Assembly (NCBI GenBank): GCA_034112285.1
Contig: JAWUVP010000083.1
Span: forward strand, 1-63,260
Direction: 5' to 3'
DNA from: Gammaproteobacteria bacterium
GTDB taxonomy: Bacteria > Pseudomonadota > Gammaproteobacteria > JABDGN01
DNA: 63,260 bases
The notes beneath the pieces are model-generated. The model was not told the origin of the DNA, ran no database searches, and saw nothing but the letters and a program-made list of their open reading frames with translations. The stretch's first letter is position 1. Every line of letters starts with the position of its first letter. Both the position numbers and the translations under genes were made by a program. Below are positions 9,697 to 20,920 of this stretch, one piece after another.

Positions 9697-12132
9697 ATGT
9701 GGCTACTTGAACTCGTTATATTATTGTGTGTTGTTTGGTACGCGCTTTTTTCACGCTTAGCACCTTTGGCATGGGTGTTGTTAGTCGGGATTGTCCTGCT
9801 GGGCGAAACAGTACTAGGCGGCATGCCGACCTGGCTGTTTATCTTATGTTGGGCGCTTTACGCGATTATAGCGATATTTGCAGTGATAAAACCTTTGCGC
9901 ATGGTGGCCTTCACCCTGCCATTTTTATCGCGATTTCGTAAAGTCTTGCCGGCAATGAGCAACACTGAACGCGAAGCGCTAGAAGCCGGTGACGTATGGT
10001 GGGAAGGGGACTTATTCGCGGGACGCCCTAACTGGACAAAATTACATGCGATCCCTAAACCAAGCTTAACGCAAGACGAACAAGATTTTATTAACAATGA
10101 AACTGAAACGTTATGTAGCTTACTCGATGATTGGAAAATCATGAATGAAGATCGCGATTTAAGCAAGGCCGCCTGGGACTATTTAAAGCAGCAGGGCTTC
10201 TTTGGCTTGGTGATTGACAAATCTTATGGCGGCAAAGGCTTTTCGGCTTATGCGCACTCAACCGTTGTGACCAAAATTGCTTCACGTAGCATGAGCGCGG
10301 CTGTAACCGCTATGGTGCCCAATTCTTTGGGGCCTGGTGAATTGTTGGCACATTATGGTACTGAAGAGCAAAAAGATTATTACTTACCACGCTTAGCACG
10401 CGGTGAAGACGTGCCTTGTTTTGCTTTAACCTCATTAGATGCAGGCTCAGATGCGGGTGCGATGCGCGATAGCGGCGTTGTGACCAAAGGCATGCACGAA
10501 GGCAAAGAGGTCGTTGGCATTCGCTTATCGTGGTCTAAACGTTATATCACCCTCGCGCCTGTTGCTACGGTATTAGGCATGGCCTTTAAGCTTACTGATC
10601 CCGACCACCTATTGGGTGAAAACGAAAACATTGGCATCACCTTAGCTTTATTACCCACCAGCCACCCAGGTGTTAAAGTCGGTGATCGTCACTTTCCCAT
10701 GGGGCTTGCCTTTATGAACGGCCCAACTGAAGGGGAAGATGTTTTTATTCCGCTGGACTGGGTTGTAGGCGGTAAAGATATGGTGGGCAAAGGCTGGCGT
10801 ATGTTGATGGAATGTTTGTCCATTGGTCGCGCTATTTCATTGCCCGCATTAGGCGCTGCCGCAGGACGCTTAGCCTATTATGGCACCGGTATTTATGCGC
10901 ATTTGCGCAAACAATTTAAAATTCCCCTAGGCCAGTTTGAAGGCGTACAAGCAGGCATGGCCTGTATCGCGGGTAATACCTATTTTCTTGAAGCCTCTAG
11001 GCGCATGACCGCCGGTGCGGTAGATTTGAAGTTTAAACCTTCGGTTGTTTCTGCTATTCAAAAATATCATGCGACTGAGTTAGCCCGCACCATGACCGAT
11101 GCGGCGATGGATATTCATGCCGGACGTGCAGTTCAGTTTGGGCCACGTAATTATATTGGCCAAGCTTATGTTGGCTTGCCTATTTCTATCACGGTGGAAG
11201 GTGCAAATATTTTAACGCGTAATTTAATTATTTTTGGCCAAGGCGCCATTCGCTGTCACCCTTACGTATTAAAAGAAATGCAGGCAGCTAATGATACCAA
11301 CAAGCGTCGCGGCTTACGTGCTTTTGATAAAGAACTGCTATCGCACATAGGCTATACCAGCAGCAATATTGTGCGGGCAATCACTTTTGGTTTTACCCGC
11401 GCTAAATTTGTTAAAGCACCTAATAATAGCCCATTAGGTTATTACTATAAGCAACTCACTCGCATGAGTACCGCATTAGCCTTGTGCAGTGATTTTGCCA
11501 TGTTAATTTTAGGCGGTCAGCTCAAGCGTAAAGAGCGATTATCGGCGCGCTTAGGTGATGTGTTGAGCTATCTTTATTTAAGCAGCACGGTGTTAAAATA
11601 TTATGCCGATCAAGCTAGCCCCGCTGAAGATTTACCGTATGTAAAATGGTGCTTGGAAACCGGCTTGTTTAAAATGCAAACGGCCTTTGACAAGTTTTTA
11701 TTAAACTTTCCTAATCAGTTTGTTGCCGGTGTTTTACGCAGCTTAATCTTTCCTTTCGGCAAACCTTATCATGGCCCAAGCGATAAGCTGGAAACACAAA
11801 TTGTACAAACGATGATGCAACAGCCCAGCGTGCTGCGCGCACGTTTAACAGCGAACATTTATGTGCCTGACGATGAAACAGATTGTCTAGGCCGTATGGA
11901 AGCCGCTTTTAAGGCTGCTTATGAAACGGAAGATTTAGAGGCGCGTATCAAGCAAGCCATTTCAAATAAGAACATGACGTTCTGCCCTGATATGACAAAG
12001 CAAGTTGTATTAGCGCTAGAGGTCGGCATTATTAATGCCAATGAGGCCGACAAACTCTTGCATGCACAAGCGTTAATTCGTGATGCTATGGAAGTGGATA
12101 CTTTTCCTAAAGATTATTTTACTAACCCTTAA
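9697..12132 (+). CDS. fadE: Acyl-CoA dehydrogenase FadE
   Basis: Colinear with E. coli FadE: N-terminal TM segments, PNSLGPGELL.HYGT.EQK, CFALTS..AGSDAGA, TVEGANILTRN.IIFGQGAIRCHPY. The track start at 9628 is a TTG. The ATG at 9697 (MWLLELV) is preferred. Confidence 0.9.
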   Translation: MWLLELVILLCVVWYALFSRLAPLAWVLLVGIVLLGETVLGGMPTWLFILCWALYAIIAIFAVIKPLRMVAFTLPFLSRFRKVLPAMSNTEREALEAGDVWWEGDLFAGRPNWTKLHAIPKPSLTQDEQDFINNETETLCSLLDDWKIMNEDRDLSKAAWDYLKQQGFFGLVIDKSYGGKGFSAYAHSTVVTKIASRSMSAAVTAMVPNSLGPGELLAHYGTEEQKDYYLPRLARGEDVPCFALTSLDAGSDAGAMRDSGVVTKGMHEGKEVVGIRLSWSKRYITLAPVATVLGMAFKLTDPDHLLGENENIGITLALLPTSHPGVKVGDRHFPMGLAFMNGPTEGEDVFIPLDWVVGGKDMVGKGWRMLMECLSIGRAISLPALGAAAGRLAYYGTGIYAHLRKQFKIPLGQFEGVQAGMACIAGNTYFLEASRRMTAGAVDLKFKPSVVSAIQKYHATELARTMTDAAMDIHAGRAVQFGPRNYIGQAYVGLPISITVEGANILTRNLIIFGQGAIRCHPYVLKEMQAANDTNKRRGLRAFDKELLSHIGYTSSNIVRAITFGFTRAKFVKAPNNSPLGYYYKQLTRMSTALALCSDFAMLILGGQLKRKERLSARLGDVLSYLYLSSTVLKYYADQASPAEDLPYVKWCLETGLFKMQTAFDKFLLNFPNQFVAGVLRSLIFPFGKPYHGPSDKLETQIVQTMMQQPSVLRARLTANIYVPDDETDCLGRMEAAFKAAYETEDLEARIKQAISNKNMTFCPDMTKQVVLALEVGIINANEADKLLHAQALIRDAMEVDTFPKDYFTNP

Positions 12133-12146
12133 ATTAAAGGATTTTT

Positions 12147-13460
12147 ATGACTAATACAGCGATACCACGTGATGTTTATGTGGTTGATGGCAGCCGGAGC
12201 GTATTTTTAAAAGCCCAAGGCAAGCCCGGACCCTTTTCAGCTTCTGATTTGGCCGTTTATACTGGCCGTGAATTATTGAAACGCCAACCATTTGGTGCCG
12301 ATGCTATTGAAGAAACAGTCATTGGCTGTGCTATGGCCAGCCCCGATGAGGCTAACATTGGCCGCTTAATTGGTCTACGGTTAGGCTGTGGTGATAAAGT
12401 CCCGGGTTGGACGGTACACCGCAACTGTGCTTCAGGTATGCAAGCTTTAGATAGTGCGGCCAAAGATATCATGCTAGGTCGTCATAATTTAGTGCTAGCC
12501 GGCGGCACCGACGCTATGAGCCGCGCCCCTTTATTATTTAACGACCAAATGGTTAATTGGCTAGCCGGCTTTTATAAAGCGCGCTCAATCGGTGCCAAAT
12601 TAAAAGTAGCCAGTCAATTTAAATTACGTTTTTTAAAACCTGTTATTGCGTTGATCTGCGGCTTAACCGATCCGGTGGTTGGCTTAAATATGGGCCAAAC
12701 GGCAGAAAATGTAGCGCACAAGTTTGATATTAGTCGTCAACAAATGGATGAGTTTGCGGTGCAAAGCCATATCCGTTTAGCAACAGCCTATGAAAATAAA
12801 AACATGTCTGAAGTTGAAGCGTTGTTTGATGCGAAAGGCAAAGTGTACTTGCAAGACACGGGCATGCGCACAGACAGTAATGTTGAAAAATTAGCGACCC
12901 TAAAACCGATGTTTGACCGTAAGTTTGGCAAAGTCACTGCGGCCAACAGTTCACAGATCACCGACGGCTCGGCATTATTGATTCTTGCCAGTGCGCAAGC
13001 GGTGCGTGAGCATAACCTGCCTGTATTAGGGCGTATTGTTGACTGTAACTGGGCCGCTTGTGACCCCGCTTATATGGGATTAGGCCCTGTTTACGCAACG
13101 GCGCCTTTATTAGCACGCAACAATAAAACCTTAGCCGATATCGATTACTGGGAAACCAATGAAGCTTTTGCAGCACAAGTGTTAGGTTGCTTGGCGGCGA
13201 TGGAAAGCGATGCGTTTTGTCAAAAAGAATTGGGCTTAGAAAAAGCAATGGGTAAAATTGAACCTGACTGCATCAATGTTGATGGTGGCGCCATCGCTAC
13301 CGGCCACCCCATTGGCGCAAGTGGTGCAAGAATTGTTTTACAATTGCTAAAAGTATTAAAACGCAAAAACGCCAAATATGGCGTCGCAAATATTTGTATT
13401 GGCGGCGGTCAAGGTGGCGCGATGCTGTTAGAAAATGTCAGTGAGGTAAGTGCAGAATGA
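12147..13460 (+). CDS. Acetyl-CoA C-acyltransferase (3-ketoacyl-CoA thiolase, FadA/FadI type)
   Basis: Thiolase active-site regions (VHRNCASGMQA, NVDGGAIATGHPIGASGARI, CIGGGQGGA). 437 aa, FadI-like length. Gene order is thiolase first, as in fadIJ. Confidence 0.88.
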   Translation: MTNTAIPRDVYVVDGSRSVFLKAQGKPGPFSASDLAVYTGRELLKRQPFGADAIEETVIGCAMASPDEANIGRLIGLRLGCGDKVPGWTVHRNCASGMQALDSAAKDIMLGRHNLVLAGGTDAMSRAPLLFNDQMVNWLAGFYKARSIGAKLKVASQFKLRFLKPVIALICGLTDPVVGLNMGQTAENVAHKFDISRQQMDEFAVQSHIRLATAYENKNMSEVEALFDAKGKVYLQDTGMRTDSNVEKLATLKPMFDRKFGKVTAANSSQITDGSALLILASAQAVREHNLPVLGRIVDCNWAACDPAYMGLGPVYATAPLLARNNKTLADIDYWETNEAFAAQVLGCLAAMESDAFCQKELGLEKAMGKIEPDCINVDGGAIATGHPIGASGARIVLQLLKVLKRKNAKYGVANICIGGGQGGAMLLENVSEVSAE

Positions 13461-15499
13461 ATGATCAACAATATAAAAATTGGCGCATAGAACAAGACAA
13501 TGACCACATTATGTGGTTGATTTTTGATAAAGAGGGCGAGACGGTAAACTCCTTTAACCAAGCTGTTTTAGAAGAGTTAAATACCATTATTGATTCATTA
13601 ACAGGCCGCGATGATGTTGCGGGTATTGTTATTCGTTCCGGTAAAAGCAAAGGCTTTATTGCCGGCGCTGATTTGAAATTCATGTCCGCGTTTAAAGAGG
13701 TTGATGATGTCATTGCCTTCATTCGTTTTGGACAAAAACTATTTGATAAAATTGAACGTCTGCCTATTCCCAGCGTCGCCTTAATTGAAGGTTTTTGCAT
13801 GGGTGGCGGCACCGAATTAGCCTTAGCCTGTCGTTATAGAATTGCAGAGGCAAGTGACAGCACACGCATTGGATTACCTGAAATTAAATTAGGCATTCAC
13901 CCCGGTTGGGGCGGAACAGTGCGTTTACCCCGCTTAATTGGCGCGCCAATGGCGATGGACTTAATTTTATCCGGTCGCAGCGTTACCACGCGCGCGGCTA
14001 AAAAAATGGGCATTATAGATGCGGCAGTGCCTGAACGACATATTTTGCAAGCAGCAAAAGATTACATTATCAAACAGCCTGCCGTGCACAAGGCCACAGG
14101 ATTGCAAAATTTCACCAACAGCTTTCTAGCCCGCAAAATATTGTCAGGTGTTTTACGCAACAAGGTTGCCAAAAAAGCCAATAAAAAACACTACCCTGCA
14201 CCGTTTGCCGTTATTGATAACTGGGAACGCCAAGGTGTAGCACATCAAGATGAAGCAATGATTACCGAAGCGAATTCTATTGGTGAATTATTTGCGACTG
14301 ATACACGTAAAAATTTAGCTAAGGTGTATGAGCTAACGAATAAAATGAAAGCATTAGGTAAAGACAAAGACTTTAACCCTAAACATATTCATGTGATTGG
14401 CGCCGGCATTATGGGTGGCGACATTGCCGCTTGGTGTGCATTGCGTGGCTTTAAAGTGACCTTAGAAGACCGCGAAGCCAAATTTATTGCCCCTGCTATC
14501 GGCCGCGCTGCAAAGCTATTTAAGAAAAAGTTAAAGACTAAATTAAAAATCACCCCAGCAATGGACCGCTTAATCCCCGATGTTGACGGCAAAGGTGCTG
14601 AAAGCGCCGACATTATTATCGAAGCGATTTATGAAAACTTAGAAGCCAAGCAGGCCTTATTTAAGCGCCTAGAAACACAAGCCAAACCAGACGCAATTTT
14701 AGCCAGTAACACCTCGAGCATTCCGCTAGAAGATATTAGCACGCAAATGCAAACCCCATCACGTCTAGTGGGCATTCACTTTTTTAATCCTGTAGCAATG
14801 ATGCCACTGGTTGAAATGGTACGCGCAGAAAAAACCGCTCAGACAATTGTTGATAAGGCGCTAACCTTTGTTGTTAAAATCGGTCGTCAACCGATTGAAG
14901 TTAAAAGCTCACCAGGATTTTTGGTTAATCGTGTGTTGATGCCGTATATGATGGAAGCGATGTTGTTGCTACAAGAAGGTGTGCCAGCCGTCGCCATTGA
15001 TAAAGCAGCCACTAAGTTTGGCATGCCGATGGGGCCGATTGAATTAGCCGATACCGTTGGTTTAGATATTTGCTTATCGGTGGCTAAAAATTTAAGCCAG
15101 CATTTTGGTGGCACGGTCCCTGAGCAATTACAGAAAATGGTCGATGCCAGCACGCTAGGGCGCAAGTCAGGCAAAGGCTTTTATAAGTACGGCAAAGATG
15201 GCAAGCCTAGTAAAGACAGTGGCGGCTCATCACCACTAAAAGCCAATATTATTCAACAGCGTTTGGTTAATAGAATGCTTAACGAATCAATGGCATGCTA
15301 CCGTGAAGGCGTTATTAGCGATTTAGACTTACTCGATGGCGGCATGATCTTTGGCACAGGCTTTGCGCCCTTTACAGGTGGGCCAATAAATTATGCTAAG
15401 CACTGTGGTATCGATAATGTAACTGCCGAGCTTACCAAGTTTGCAAATGATTATGGTCCACGCTTTACCCCAGACGCGGGTTGGAGCCAAATTTCTTAG
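13457..15499 (+). CDS. Multifunctional enoyl-CoA hydratase / 3-hydroxyacyl-CoA dehydrogenase (FadB/FadJ type)
   Basis: N-terminal crotonase fold (FIAGADL, GGGTELALAC). Central Rossmann motif VIGAGIMGGDIA. HFFNPV motif. Overlaps the thiolase stop by 4 nt. Confidence 0.88.
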   Translation: MNDQQYKNWRIEQDNDHIMWLIFDKEGETVNSFNQAVLEELNTIIDSLTGRDDVAGIVIRSGKSKGFIAGADLKFMSAFKEVDDVIAFIRFGQKLFDKIERLPIPSVALIEGFCMGGGTELALACRYRIAEASDSTRIGLPEIKLGIHPGWGGTVRLPRLIGAPMAMDLILSGRSVTTRAAKKMGIIDAAVPERHILQAAKDYIIKQPAVHKATGLQNFTNSFLARKILSGVLRNKVAKKANKKHYPAPFAVIDNWERQGVAHQDEAMITEANSIGELFATDTRKNLAKVYELTNKMKALGKDKDFNPKHIHVIGAGIMGGDIAAWCALRGFKVTLEDREAKFIAPAIGRAAKLFKKKLKTKLKITPAMDRLIPDVDGKGAESADIIIEAIYENLEAKQALFKRLETQAKPDAILASNTSSIPLEDISTQMQTPSRLVGIHFFNPVAMMPLVEMVRAEKTAQTIVDKALTFVVKIGRQPIEVKSSPGFLVNRVLMPYMMEAMLLLQEGVPAVAIDKAATKFGMPMGPIELADTVGLDICLSVAKNLSQHFGGTVPEQLQKMVDASTLGRKSGKGFYKYGKDGKPSKDSGGSSPLKANIIQQRLVNRMLNESMACYREGVISDLDLLDGGMIFGTGFAPFTGGPINYAKHCGIDNVTAELTKFANDYGPRFTPDAGWSQIS

Positions 15500-15509
15500 T
15501 TAGAGGGTA

Positions 15510-15893
15510 ATGATGGACATCGATAAAAAAAATCCAGTACTGCGCTTAACGCCACGCCCAAATGAAGCAAATTCGCGCGGTGATATTTTTGGCGGCTGGT
15601 TAATGTCGCAATTAGATTTAGCGGGCATGTTAATTGGCGCCGCTGTGGTGGATTCAATGTTTGCCACGGTTGCCGTTAAAGATATGACCTTCAAGCATCC
15701 CATCTTTCCATTTGATGAATTAAGCGTCTATGGCGAAGTCCTAAAACAAGGTAACACTTCATTCACTGTGGGCTTAGAGGCTTATGTGCAGCGGTCCCCG
15801 GATTATAAAGGTGAGCCCCTGTTGGTATCAACGGCACAAATTGTGTATGCACAAATTAAAGACCCGGGTGTTAAGCATGTTAAGGCGCACTAA
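15510..15893 (+). CDS. yciA: Acyl-CoA thioesterase, hotdog fold (YciA-like)
   Basis: NSRGDIFGGWLMSQLDLAG closely matches E. coli YciA NANGDIFGGWLMSQMDIGG. 127 aa. Confidence 0.8.
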   Translation: MMDIDKKNPVLRLTPRPNEANSRGDIFGGWLMSQLDLAGMLIGAAVVDSMFATVAVKDMTFKHPIFPFDELSVYGEVLKQGNTSFTVGLEAYVQRSPDYKGEPLLVSTAQIVYAQIKDPGVKHVKAH

Positions 15894-16281
15894 CTTTTGG
15901 CCTTTGGTCATCTTGTTTTTGGTTAGCTGCAATGCGGTTTTGGCCAAACCCTTTATTATTACGGATTTAAACAAGCCTATAGTGATTAATCAAAACCATG
16001 CTACTTTCACAGTACAACTTGCAGCGAATCCCAGCACAGGTTTTAACTGGTTTTTACAAGCAGGTTACCCGATTGAATTAATTCAACCCATCCATCATGC
16101 CTATAAATCGCCGACACAAAAGCTTAATGGCGCCAGTGGCGTTGAGGAATGGACTTTTAAAGTATCTGATTTAGCCTTGAAGGTACCCACCCAAATCCAT
16201 ATTAAGTTCAATTACCAACGTCAATGGGAAAAGCAAGCCGGGAAAATCTTGATTCTAGATTTCATCACATCCACTGATTGA
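15877..16281 (+). CDS. Secreted chagasin-family (I42) cysteine-peptidase inhibitor
   Basis: The ATG at 15877 gives MLRRTNFWPLVILFLVSCNAVLA, a signal peptide. Chagasin loop motif NPSTGFNW. The track ORF start (15784) overlaps the thioesterase and is rejected. Confidence 0.7.
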   Translation: MLRRTNFWPLVILFLVSCNAVLAKPFIITDLNKPIVINQNHATFTVQLAANPSTGFNWFLQAGYPIELIQPIHHAYKSPTQKLNGASGVEEWTFKVSDLALKVPTQIHIKFNYQRQWEKQAGKILILDFITSTD

Positions 16282-16311
16282 GTTTTATCCGTTTGCGCAA
16301 CGTAAGCTTCG

Positions 16312-18063
16312 TTACTTAATCGGGAGCATAATATGAAAAATAGTCCCTTTGCCCATTTGAGATGAAACAGTGATTTTTCCGCCATGTTTGTCTACAATGT
16401 TATAGCACAACGACAGGCCAATCCCCATGCCTTCTTCTTTAGTGGTCACGAACGGGTTGAAAATATTATCAATCAACTCATCTGCGATACCCGGCCCTGT
16501 ATCTTCAATAGAGATACGAATGTAATCAGTATCAACCACGCCAGTGCTAATAGTAATGTTGCGCTTTTCACGGTTAGCTACTTCAATCGCATCAATCCCA
16601 TTATTGATCATGTTGATGATGACTTGTTCTATATGAATTTTACCAGCATAGACAATAGGCAGCTTTTTATCGAGCTTGAGCTTAATGTTAATATTAGCAT
16701 TATCAATAGGCCGGTTAATGAAAGTTAGCACATCACTAACGGCAGCATTAATATCCGTTTTGCTTTTACTTAAGGCGCCTTTGCGTAAAAAATCTTTTAA
16801 ATGATGAATCACCTCACCCGCGCGCGAGGCTTGGGCAATGGTTCTGTCTATAGCCTCAAGCACACCCTTTGGAAGTTTGTCTTGATACTCACTTAAACGG
16901 CGCTTAATGCCGCTAGCATAGTTCATAATTGCCGTGAGCGGTTGGTTTAATTCATGGGCAATGCCCGAAGCCACTTCACCCATAGAGTTTAAACGTGAAA
17001 AGTGTGCAATTTCAATTTGGTTTTGCTTGATTTGCTCTTCCGCTTCGCGTTGCTTGGTAATATCGGCCAAAATACCAACATAACCGGCCACGCCGCCGCG
17101 CTCATCATATTCGGGAACCGTTTGGCCGTTAACCCATATAACTTTACCATCATGCACAAACCGATAATCAATATTGATGGGAATGCCATACTTAACCCCA
17201 TTTTTCCAAGTACTCAAAACGCGATCTTTATCATCAGGGTGAATATTTTTACTCCAACCATAGTTACGCGCTTCGTTAACTTTGACGCCTTGAATCTCAC
17301 AAGCTTTAGAGTTTATATAAGTATTACGACCTTCTTTATCGGTGTGAAAAATACCCACCGGATAGATAGCATTTAATTGGCGGTAACGCGCTTCACTTTG
17401 ACGTAAGTCGCGCGCAATTTGTTCACGCGAATGAATTTCATTGCGCAATTCTTTATTCGCTTTTTCTAATTCATAGGTGCGGGCTCTAACGCTGCCTTCA
17501 AGCTCAGATTGAACTTGTTTGATTTCTGAGATATCTTCAAAAGAAACAAACGTGCTAGAGTAATTATCTGTTTGGGTAGAAATGCGCACGACAACCTGAT
17601 GGGGTGTTTTTGCACAGTCGTACATCATGTCTTCATATTGAAAACTTTTCTTTTTAGCGAGTAAGCTTTTAAAAAAAAGATGTTCGTTTGAGGTGACCAT
17701 GTGGTAAATTTGTTGCTTAAACAATTTCCGAATATTTATTAAGTCTTTCGCTTTAAAAAATTTCAAAGCACGACTATTCGCTTCTCGTATACTGCATTGC
17801 TCGCCGATTTCTTTAATTGTTTCGGGCTGCTTATCAAGATAGTCGCTTAGTGAAGTGTCACCAATTGCCGACCGTATTTTCTCCAGACTCACTGAAAAAT
17901 TAAACTCTAAAATTGGCACAGGCGCATGGTGAAACAGTTCTGAAAAATGCGTCAAGCCTAACTTTAACTCTTCGAGCTCTTTGGATTGCTGTTCATTAAT
18001 CGCTTTCAGGCTATCAAGTTGCGAAGCCGCTGAGTCTGAAGTTGATAAGATGTTTTCTGGCAT
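16312..18063 (-). CDS. PAS-domain sensor histidine kinase (cytoplasmic, orphan)
   Basis: Coiled-coil plus PAS region. H-box AHELNQPLTAI, N-box INNGIDA, G-boxes EDTGPGI and GMGIGLS. Start taken at MPENIL (ATG 18063) rather than the track start 18132. Confidence 0.85.
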   Translation of the reverse strand: MPENILSTSDSAASQLDSLKAINEQQSKELEELKLGLTHFSELFHHAPVPILEFNFSVSLEKIRSAIGDTSLSDYLDKQPETIKEIGEQCSIREANSRALKFFKAKDLINIRKLFKQQIYHMVTSNEHLFFKSLLAKKKSFQYEDMMYDCAKTPHQVVVRISTQTDNYSSTFVSFEDISEIKQVQSELEGSVRARTYELEKANKELRNEIHSREQIARDLRQSEARYRQLNAIYPVGIFHTDKEGRNTYINSKACEIQGVKVNEARNYGWSKNIHPDDKDRVLSTWKNGVKYGIPINIDYRFVHDGKVIWVNGQTVPEYDERGGVAGYVGILADITKQREAEEQIKQNQIEIAHFSRLNSMGEVASGIAHELNQPLTAIMNYASGIKRRLSEYQDKLPKGVLEAIDRTIAQASRAGEVIHHLKDFLRKGALSKSKTDINAAVSDVLTFINRPIDNANINIKLKLDKKLPIVYAGKIHIEQVIINMINNGIDAIEVANREKRNITISTGVVDTDYIRISIEDTGPGIADELIDNIFNPFVTTKEEGMGIGLSLCYNIVDKHGGKITVSSQMGKGTIFHIMLPIK

Positions 18064-18220
18064 GCAATAATCCCTAAAATGATTCGGTGTGACTAATAGC
18101 AATATTATACGCTGATTATTCTTTTGCTGCACTCATAGAAAATACTAGTGCATCCTTTTTTTAAAGAGAGCCAGCCAAATTATGTTGCCATAAAGCAGCC
18201 ATCTCGACTATAATCCGCAC

Positions 18221-20340
<2,120 letters not shown>

Positions 20341-20443
20341 CTTTGACAGGCCATTAGCCTGTAATTCACCATTTTCTTTCTTAAAGACTCTGTTATAATA
20401 CAGCGTCTCAACTTACACATCGCACACAAAAGGAACAAGCCCC

Positions 20444-20806
20444 ATGAATTTATTATCATTCTTTATCCCAACCGCTTATGCCGCTGGCGGCGCCACTACG
20501 GCAGCACCACATCAACAAGGTAGCATGATGAGCACAATCATTATGTTGGTAGTATTTTTTGCTATCTTTTATTTCTTATTGATTCGCCCACAAAGCAAAC
20601 GTGCTAAAGCACAACGTGAATTAATAGCCGCTATCAAAGTCGGTGACGAAGTGACGACTACTGCGGGTATCATTGGCACCATTAAAGATATGGACCAAAA
20701 TATCGTTAGCTTACAAATTGCAGCGGATGTTGTTATTAAGTTACAAAAAAGCGCGGTAACGGGCACCTTGCCACAAGGGTCTGTGGATTCTGCTGAAGTA
20801 AAATAG
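20444..20806 (+). CDS. yajC: Preprotein translocase subunit YajC
   Basis: Single TM plus the FYFLLIRPQSKRAK motif. Position is between tgt and secD. Confidence 0.88.
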   Translation: MNLLSFFIPTAYAAGGATTAAPHQQGSMMSTIIMLVVFFAIFYFLLIRPQSKRAKAQRELIAAIKVGDEVTTTAGIIGTIKDMDQNIVSLQIAADVVIKLQKSAVTGTLPQGSVDSAEVK

Positions 20807-20920
20807 TAACGACTTAGCCCACCCCAAGAATCTTGGCGGATGTCCATCTTGAGTCAGATTGACCAAAGATGAGCATCCCCTCGCTACAGGCTGGGCAGTT
20901 ACGTAAAGTAAAGGACTAGA

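Noticed and set aside
15784-15876. Upstream extension of the chagasin-like ORF (track start 15784)
   Set aside because: The extension overlaps the thioesterase gene in another frame and precedes the obvious signal peptide. The ATG at 15877 is the sensible start.
20344-20372. Small hairpin ACAGGC-cattA-GCCTGT after tgt as a terminator
   Set aside because: It has only a 6-bp stem and no convincing U-tract. tgt-yajC-secDF is normally co-transcribed.
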